Origin: Planctomycetota bacterium
GTDB lineage: Bacteria > Planctomycetota > MHYJ01 > WSZJ01
Assembly (NCBI GenBank): GCA_038060895.1
Contig: JBBTCT010000007.1
Span: 68,023 to 132,022, forward strand
Direction of reading: 5' to 3'
Length of the DNA stretch: 64,000 nucleotides
In this document: one piece after another, positions 57,821 to 64,000 of the stretch
Layout: each line of letters opens with the position of its first letter
How positions within the stretch are numbered: position 1 is the first letter of the stretch
Made by a program: the position numbers and the translations under genes
Notes under the pieces: model-generated
Database searches by the model: none
Told to the model about the DNA's origin: nothing
What the model saw: the letters and a program-made list of their open reading frames with translations, nothing else

Positions 57821-57927
57821 TTTGTCGCGCCGGGCAAGGGCCGCGTGGCCCCTGCTCCCCCATCTACGGAACTTCGCGGCGCCGCCGCTCGACGGCGCGT
57901 CCGCGTCCCCTTCAGCGGAGCACCTCC

Positions 57928-58881
57928 ATGAAATCGTCGTGCCTGCTCGTGCTCGCACTCGCCTCGTTGCCGGCCGCGGCCGACCATGCCGCCGGATCCA
58001 CATCCAGCGACGGCGGACAGATGACGATGTCTCCGGACACGCTCGCTTCCGGGAAGCTGTTTGTCGCGCTTCGCCTGGACGCAGCCGACTTCGAACACGT
58101 TTCCGATGAAGAATTGCACGAAGCCGGCGAAGCGGGTCACAGCCGGCACGGGCTCGACTGGGCCGGCACGGCGGCGCTCGAAGGCGGGTTCGGGATTCTC
58201 GACCGCCTGATGGTCGGCGTCACCATTCCTGTCCGGAGGACGGACGACTTTCGTGAAGCCCCGCACCATGAGGAAGAAGTGGAGGAAGGAGAAGGGTCCA
58301 TTCGCAGCGTCGATCCGGACGGGCTCGGCGACGTCCAGATCTGGGCGCAGCTGAAGATCCTCGACGGGTCGTTCAAGCTCGGCGTACGGCTAGGCCTGGA
58401 GCTTCCGACCGGAGACACGAACGATCGCGGACCCCATGGGGACTATCTCGAGCCGAGTCATCAGGCGGGAAGCGGCTCCCTGGACTTCCTGGGCGGGATC
58501 GCGGCAGGCTATTCCCTCGAGTCCGTCGGAATCCAGGCGGCGCTCACGGGGAAGGTCAACACGCGCGGCGTCCGTGATTTCGAGATGGGCGACACCGTGA
58601 TGCTGTCCGTCGGGGGAAGCTGGCGCTTCTATGGAGAACCCCGAACATTCAGCCTCTCCGTGACCGCGGACGCCTGGGGCCAGTGGTACGGTCGCAACCG
58701 CCACCACGGCCGGGGCGACCCGGACTCGGGTGGATTCCAGTGGTATGCCGCACCGGGCCTCCGGCTCAACGCGGGCCCGTTCTTCGCCCAGCTCGCGGTC
58801 CCGATCCAGATCTACAATGGCGTCAACGAAGAACCCGACCAGCGGCTCCGCGGGGTCCTGACCGCCGGGCTGAACTTCTGA
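57928..58881 (+). CDS. His-rich outer membrane beta-barrel (MetA-pathway/transporter-like)
   Basis: Signal peptide; GLGDV, ELPTG, QAGSGSLD; alternating beta pattern; terminal Phe. Confidence 0.8.
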   Translation: MKSSCLLVLALASLPAAADHAAGSTSSDGGQMTMSPDTLASGKLFVALRLDAADFEHVSDEELHEAGEAGHSRHGLDWAGTAALEGGFGILDRLMVGVTIPVRRTDDFREAPHHEEEVEEGEGSIRSVDPDGLGDVQIWAQLKILDGSFKLGVRLGLELPTGDTNDRGPHGDYLEPSHQAGSGSLDFLGGIAAGYSLESVGIQAALTGKVNTRGVRDFEMGDTVMLSVGGSWRFYGEPRTFSLSVTADAWGQWYGRNRHHGRGDPDSGGFQWYAAPGLRLNAGPFFAQLAVPIQIYNGVNEEPDQRLRGVLTAGLNF

Positions 58882-58897
58882 GGTCAAAAGGAAAACC

Positions 58898-59713
58898 ATG
58901 AATCACTTCAAGGCAGCAGTCATTGCAGCATTCATCCTGCCGCTCGTGGCGCGCGCCGAAGAGGCGCCCGTCGCGGGCGAGCCGGTGACGGTGTTCGTGA
59001 CGGACAAGGACGGCAAGCAGGTGGACACGGAGGGGATGACGGCGACGCTCACGGTGACGATCAAGGGCGCCGGGACGCGGACGGCGGCGCTGACGGCTCG
59101 CAACGCAACGGACCCCGCGGCGAAATCGCCGCCGGCCGAGCATGGCGGGCAGGTCGTTACGACCGCCGACGGATGGCGTGTCGAGTTCGTCCCGGCGTGG
59201 TCGCCCGGCAAGGCGCCGGACGCGCCGTGCTTCGAGGGAACGATCGCGCTCAAGGCGTGGGCATGCCCGATGGCCTGCGTCGATCCCTCGGACAAGGCCG
59301 GCAAGTGCTCGAAGTGCGGGATGGACTTCGAGCTCCTGTCTGTCGACTTCACCGCCAGCGTGTCGATCCGGGGAAAGGACTTCGCGCACGTCGCAAAGGG
59401 CTATGCTGTGCCGACTCCCCTTCCGGCCACCTATGCTGAGGCTGCGACCGAAGCGAAAGACCAGTCCGGATGGGCGTTGAAGAAGAGTTCGGCCGCGCTC
59501 CCACGAGTACGCCGCATACGACGGCTGTTGGAGGGCCTCGTGGAGCTCGCTTCGGCCGGCCAGAAGGACGCTGTGCGTGCGAAAGCGAAAGTGATCTGGA
59601 AGGCGTGCGACGAGGCGGAGAAGGCTCTCGTCGCCGGGCAGGATGCTTCGGAATCTCTCGAGCTCATCAACAAGAAAGTTTCCTCGCTGCCCGCGGAGGG
59701 CGGCGCAAAGTAG
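58898..59713 (+). CDS. secreted protein with heavy-metal-binding domain
   Basis: Signal peptide; EHGG; WACPM..SDKAGKCSKCGMD. Confidence 0.8.
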   Translation: MNHFKAAVIAAFILPLVARAEEAPVAGEPVTVFVTDKDGKQVDTEGMTATLTVTIKGAGTRTAALTARNATDPAAKSPPAEHGGQVVTTADGWRVEFVPAWSPGKAPDAPCFEGTIALKAWACPMACVDPSDKAGKCSKCGMDFELLSVDFTASVSIRGKDFAHVAKGYAVPTPLPATYAEAATEAKDQSGWALKKSSAALPRVRRIRRLLEGLVELASAGQKDAVRAKAKVIWKACDEAEKALVAGQDASESLELINKKVSSLPAEGGAK

Positions 59714-59739
59714 ACCGGTTCCCCTTCGGAGAATTCCCG

Positions 59740-59856
59740 ATGGCCCTGAAGAAATCGTCCTCATGCTGCTGCGGCAGCTCCAGCTGCGGAAGCAGCCCGA
59801 TGAAATCCACGGCCCGCAAGCCGGTGAAGAAGTCGAAGGCCAAGGCGAAGAAGTAG
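59740..59856 (+). CDS. 38 aa Cys/Lys-rich peptide
   Basis: GGAG RBS; MALKKSSSCCCGSSSCGSSPMKSTARKPVKKSKAKAKK. Confidence 0.55.
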   Translation: MALKKSSSCCCGSSSCGSSPMKSTARKPVKKSKAKAKK

Positions 59857-59968
59857 GTTCATTCCTCCCGCCCTCCGCGACCAGCGGAGTGCGGTTTTCC
59901 TGTGCCGAGCCCAGCGAATTGAGAATTGCTTCCCGGACCGGTGCGGTTTTCAGGTACAAGTGGGCCCG

Positions 59969-60310
59969 ATGCGATTCCGTTCGACTCTCAACGCTGCTGT
60001 CTTCGCACTGCTGGCCGTCGCGACCTTCGTCGCCGGCACGGCCGGCCCGCTTCACGAGATCGAGGCGCTTCACGGCCACGAGCATTGCGAAAGCGAAGAC
60101 GGCCAGCCGACAGTCGGACACGTCTGCCACGACGAAGACGATTGCACGGTCTGCGGCCTGCTCTCGCTTCCCTCCTCTGCTGAACCATGTTCTTCACCGG
60201 CGATTGCATCCGAAGCGCCGGCCACTGCTGGTTTCGTACTTTTGGAACGCGCCGTCGCCGCAACGCTCGACCTCAACTCTCCAGCGCGCGCGCCCCCTCC
60301 CCGGGCGTAG
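59969..60310 (+). CDS. DUF2946-like leader protein with C-terminal RAPP motif
   Basis: Signal-like N-terminus, H..H.H.HC..H.CH...CTVC, ends PARAPPPRA. Confidence 0.8.
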   Translation: MRFRSTLNAAVFALLAVATFVAGTAGPLHEIEALHGHEHCESEDGQPTVGHVCHDEDDCTVCGLLSLPSSAEPCSSPAIASEAPATAGFVLLERAVAATLDLNSPARAPPPRA

Positions 60311-60391
60311 GTCCGATTCGCGCCGTCTTACGCCGCAGCATCATGGGATGCCTCCGCGGCCATTCTTCAATCGCACACGGGGAGAGACTCC

Positions 60392-61717
60392 ATGCGCATC
60401 GTGCTTGTCATGACGGCGCTTCTGGCGCCGCTGGCAGCCTGGGGACAGTCGGAAGAGTTGCAGAAGATCAGGGAAGAGCTGGAGATTTCGAAGAAGAGGA
60501 TCGATGAGCTGGAGAAGAAGGAAGCAGGGAAACCCGCAGACAAGTCTGTGACGCGGTCGAACGAGCCTTGGGCTGTGTCGCTAGGGAGCGGCGCGACGGC
60601 GCGGCTGATCGACGTGTCGCTGGACATCCTGGCGCTTGGAGGGACATCGACGGCCAGGGATGCGGAGCTGGACCTCCTGAACCCGGGGCATCACGACCCT
60701 GCCGGCCGGGGATTCACGCTTCAGAACGTCGAACTCACGCTTTCCGGCGCGGTTGACCCGTACTTCAACGCGGAAGCGCACATCACTTATGTGGTGAGCG
60801 ATTCTGGCGAGTCCGAGATCGAGCTGGAAGAAGCGTTTTTCACGACCACTTCCCTGCCCGGGGGCTTTCAGATCCGGGGCGGGCACAGTTTCCTGGAATT
60901 CGGACGCCAGAATCGGCAACACCCGCATGCGTGGCATTTCGTGGACCAGCCGGTCGTGTTCAGCCGGTTTTTCGGGGCTGACGGCCTGCGGTCGACGGGA
61001 GCCCAAGCGTCCTGGCTCGCGCCGACGCCCTTCTATCTCGAAGCGATTGCGGGCATCTACAACTCCTTCGGGGAGACGATGTTCTCGTTCAACCAGGATG
61101 AGGCGGAGGTCGTTCCGTCGTTCCTCGGGAGGCGGGATGTGCGCACCTGGCGGGACCTGGCGTATCTCGGCCGCTTGACGTCGACGCTCGACATCGGGGA
61201 GTCGATCGCGACCTCGTTCGGGGTTTCGTACATCCACGGGCCGAACGCCACGGGTAAGCACGCGGACACGGAAATCTACGGAGCCGACTTCTATATCCGT
61301 TGGAAACCGGTCCAGAACGAGCGCGGCTGGCCTTTCGTGCAGTTCCAGGCGGAATTCCTGATGCGCCGGTACGAACGGGGCAGCTTCGACGACGGAGCCG
61401 GATCGGAATTCGCCCATGAGTGGTTCCAGGACTGGGGGTACTACGCGCAGGCGGTCGTGGGGTTCGCTCCGGGCTGGACGGCCGGGCTTCGTTTCGACCG
61501 CGCCGACGGGGAACTCAACGCGCTCAATCCGCTCCACGACTCCCGCTACCGCATTTCGCCGGCGCTTACGTGGTACCCGACCGAGTTCAGCAAGATCCGG
61601 CTTCAGTACAACTACGACCACGCAAGGCACATCCGGACCGGGCACGGCAACGACGAACACTCGATCTGGCTCCAGGTCGAAGTCCTGATCGGCAAACACG
61701 GAGCCCACAAGTTCTGA
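60392..61717 (+). CDS. outer membrane beta-barrel associated with Zn/Mn uptake
   Basis: Signal peptide, short coiled coil, GHHDP, GAVDPYF, EEAF, FGRQNRQHPHAW, SKIRLQY, C-terminal GKHGAHKF. Confidence 0.85.
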   Translation: MRIVLVMTALLAPLAAWGQSEELQKIREELEISKKRIDELEKKEAGKPADKSVTRSNEPWAVSLGSGATARLIDVSLDILALGGTSTARDAELDLLNPGHHDPAGRGFTLQNVELTLSGAVDPYFNAEAHITYVVSDSGESEIELEEAFFTTTSLPGGFQIRGGHSFLEFGRQNRQHPHAWHFVDQPVVFSRFFGADGLRSTGAQASWLAPTPFYLEAIAGIYNSFGETMFSFNQDEAEVVPSFLGRRDVRTWRDLAYLGRLTSTLDIGESIATSFGVSYIHGPNATGKHADTEIYGADFYIRWKPVQNERGWPFVQFQAEFLMRRYERGSFDDGAGSEFAHEWFQDWGYYAQAVVGFAPGWTAGLRFDRADGELNALNPLHDSRYRISPALTWYPTEFSKIRLQYNYDHARHIRTGHGNDEHSIWLQVEVLIGKHGAHKF

Positions 61718-61785
61718 ACCCCTTCACCTCCTCGAGAAAGGAAACGCGCGAAGGCCCGGCCCTCCGCGGGCCTTCGCGCTCCTTC

Positions 61786-62772
61786 ATGAAAACACTTCTG
61801 CTCGCCTTGATGGCCGTGTCCGTCGCCGCGGCCGACGACAAGCTCGATGTCGTCACCACAATCCCGTCACTCGGCTCCGTTGCCCGTGAAGTCGGTGGCG
61901 ACCGCGTGTCCGTCAGCTCGCTCGCCCGTCCCGGCGAAGATCCCCACTTCGTGGACGCGAAACAGTCCTTGATGGTCAAAATGCGTGGAGCCGATCTCTT
62001 CATCGTCAACGGACTCGAACTCGAAATCGGCTGGGTCCCCCTCCTCCTCGAAGGATGCCGGAACGGGAAAATTCAGCCCGGAAGCGCCGGGTATCTCGAC
62101 GCGTCGGCTTTCGTGCGGGTCATCGACGTGCCGAAAGGCCCCGTTGACCGGTCCATGGGGGATGTCCACCCCATGGGAAATCCGCACTTCAGCCTCGACC
62201 CGCTCGCGCTCCGCGGCATCGCCGGCGGGCTCGCAGTGAAGCTGTCCGCGCTGGACCCCGGAGGAAAGGAGGTCTACGAAAGAAACCGTAAGGCCTACGA
62301 GCGGAAGATCGATGAAGCGCTTTTCGGCGCCGAACTGGTGGACGAGGCCGGAGGCTCGAAGCTGGCCCAGGTTGCCGCGGACGGCAAACTCGACGAGTTC
62401 CTGGCGGAACAGAAGCTGGCGGACCAGGTGGGCGGCTGGCTGAAGGTCATGGCCGACGCGAAGGGGAAGGAAGTGATCGCCTACCACGCGAGCATGAACT
62501 ACTTCTGGAACCGGTTCGGCCTGAAGCTCGCAGGCACCATCGAAGAGAAACCGGGCATTTCTCCCTCGAGCAGCCAGGTGAATTCCATCATCGAACTCGC
62601 CCGCGCACGGAAGATCCGGGCCGTCGTGACCCAGCCGTTCTTCAGCGACAGCGCCCCGAACCTGATCGCGGAGAAATCGGGCGCGAAGGTCGTCAAGGTC
62701 GACATCGAAGGCGATGACGCCATCGCCATCATCGACCACGTGGTGACGGAGGTCGCGGGCGCACTCAAATGA
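61786..62772 (+). CDS. metal ABC transporter substrate-binding protein (ZnuA/MntC family)
   Basis: EDPHFV, NGLELEIGW, GDVHPMGNPHF.LDP, YH, IEEKPGISPS. Confidence 0.92.
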   Translation: MKTLLLALMAVSVAAADDKLDVVTTIPSLGSVAREVGGDRVSVSSLARPGEDPHFVDAKQSLMVKMRGADLFIVNGLELEIGWVPLLLEGCRNGKIQPGSAGYLDASAFVRVIDVPKGPVDRSMGDVHPMGNPHFSLDPLALRGIAGGLAVKLSALDPGGKEVYERNRKAYERKIDEALFGAELVDEAGGSKLAQVAADGKLDEFLAEQKLADQVGGWLKVMADAKGKEVIAYHASMNYFWNRFGLKLAGTIEEKPGISPSSSQVNSIIELARARKIRAVVTQPFFSDSAPNLIAEKSGAKVVKVDIEGDDAIAIIDHVVTEVAGALK

Positions 62773-64000
62773 TCGAACTCAGCAAGATCGACGTGCTCCT
62801 CTGGCCATTCCTCGCGTGCCTCGTGCTCGTGGGAATCCACGGCTACCTGGGCATCCACGTCCTGGCGCGCAAGGTCATCTTCGTGGACCTCGCCATGGCC
62901 CAGATCGCCGCGCTGGGCGGCACCGTCGCATTCCTTTACGGGCACGAGATCGGCACGCCGACGGGGTACTTCCTCTCGCTCGGCTTCACCCTCGCGGGCG
63001 CGGGAGTGTTCGCGCTCACCCGGACGCGACACGAAAGCGTGCCGCAGGAAGCGGTCATTGGCCTCGTGTACGCGATCGCGACCGCGGTCGCCGTCCTCCT
63101 CGCAGACCGGGCGGCGCACGGCGGTGAACATCTGAAGGCTCTTCTCTCCGGCAGCATCGTCTGGGTCACGTGGAAGCAGGTCGCCAAAACGGCTGCTATC
63201 TACGCTGCGGTCGGGGCATTCCACTACGCTTACCGCGCTAAATTCCTGAAGATTTCCTTCGATCCCGAAGGCGCCGCAGCCGAAGGCATCAACGTCCGCC
63301 TCTGGGACTTCCTCTTTTACCTCTCGTTCGGCTTCGTCATCACCTCCTCGGTCTCCATCGCAGGAGTCCTTCTGGTCTTCTGCTACCTCATCGCGCCCGC
63401 CGTCGTCGCGACCCTTTTCGCTCAGTCCGTACGCGGCCGCCTCCTCATGGGCTGGTGTGTCGGCACGCTCGTCTCCGCCCTCGGGCTTCTCTTTTCCTGG
63501 GACCGCCCCAGCGGGCCCACCATCATCGGCTTCTTCGCTGCCTTCCTTGCCCTCGCGGCCGTCGGCAAGGCCGTGTTCCTGGCGCAAAGCCGCGCCCGCG
63601 CGCTGGCCATCGCCGGATGCGGAGCCGCACTTCTCACTCTCGCCGGCTTCTTCGTCGTCCACTTCCTCAAGTCCACCGGCAACGATCCCGAGCACACCCA
63701 TCTCCCGCCCCGCCACGCCGCCGGCGACACTCCCGAGGAGCTTCACCTGAGCCTCAACGACGTTCACTCCGACGTCCGCGCGGCGGCGGCACGGACGCTG
63801 GGAGAGAAGGGACGGCGGGAAGCGGTGCCGATGCTTCGCAATCTTCTCCGTGATCCGGACGCGCACGTGCGCGAAGAGGCCGCGAAGGCGCTCGGAGTTC
63901 TGCAGGCGAAGGAAGCCATTCCGGATCTGAAGCGCCTCGCGGAGACGCCGGATGAACACGAGTACGTTCCGCTGGAGGCGGCACGGGCGCTGGCGGAGAT
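62769..64000 (+). CDS. metal ABC transporter permease (ZnuB-like) fused to HEAT repeats, truncated by the window edge
   Basis: Translated by hand; absent from the ORF track because no stop falls in the window. GIHVLARKVIFVDLAMAQIAALG, AGVLLVFCYLIAP, then in-frame DVRAAAARTLG, LLRDPDAHVREEAAKALG. Confidence 0.88.
   Translation, partial: MIELSKIDVLLWPFLACLVLVGIHGYLGIHVLARKVIFVDLAMAQIAALGGTVAFLYGHEIGTPTGYFLSLGFTLAGAGVFALTRTRHESVPQEAVIGLVYAIATAVAVLLADRAAHGGEHLKALLSGSIVWVTWKQVAKTAAIYAAVGAFHYAYRAKFLKISFDPEGAAAEGINVRLWDFLFYLSFGFVITSSVSIAGVLLVFCYLIAPAVVATLFAQSVRGRLLMGWCVGTLVSALGLLFSWDRPSGPTIIGFFAAFLALAAVGKAVFLAQSRARALAIAGCGAALLTLAGFFVVHFLKSTGNDPEHTHLPPRHAAGDTPEELHLSLNDVHSDVRAAAARTLGEKGRREAVPMLRNLLRDPDAHVREEAAKALGVLQAKEAIPDLKRLAETPDEHEYVPLEAARALAE

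Noticed and set aside
59917-59935. Possible Fur/Zur box (AATTGAGAATTGCTTCC); TTGAGAATTG also occurs at 29258
   Set aside because: Only a half-site resemblance with no convincing palindrome; insufficient support.

Overview
High-GC bacterial chromosomal window, most likely Planctomycetota. That assignment is inferred from protein families: HTH-TM protein, TM-anchored prenyltransferase-fold proteins, 'D.I.LK.G..IEG' secreted proteins and HGG-type metal proteins. Contents in order: (1) housekeeping genes mazG-like, murJ, fmt, TerC, AMMECR1, OmpA/MotB and aroA; (2) three tandem membrane-anchored QW-repeat (alpha/alpha)6 + HEAT paralogs; (3) two tandem heavy-metal RND efflux units; (4) a tRNA-Leu(CAA) enclosed by two very long hairpins; (5) a poly-gamma-glutamate hydrolase, a HEAT lipoprotein and a tricorn protease; (6) an aromatic-acid CoA catabolic cluster resembling the 2-aminobenzoate abm genes; (7) a Zn/Mn-type metal uptake locus running off the right edge. 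The most notable observation is four small, exported, Cys/His-rich leader ORFs, each heading a metal-transport unit. They carry three different C-terminal signatures (RAPP, PPDKVP, and LRC twice). In three of the four, the leader's 3' end can base-pair with the next gene's Shine-Dalgarno sequence. This suggests a metal-sensing ribosome-arrest regulatory system; only the RAPP type has close precedent known to me. No CRISPR array, rRNA, integrase or transposase was seen. All functional calls come from reading motifs by eye, not from database searches.
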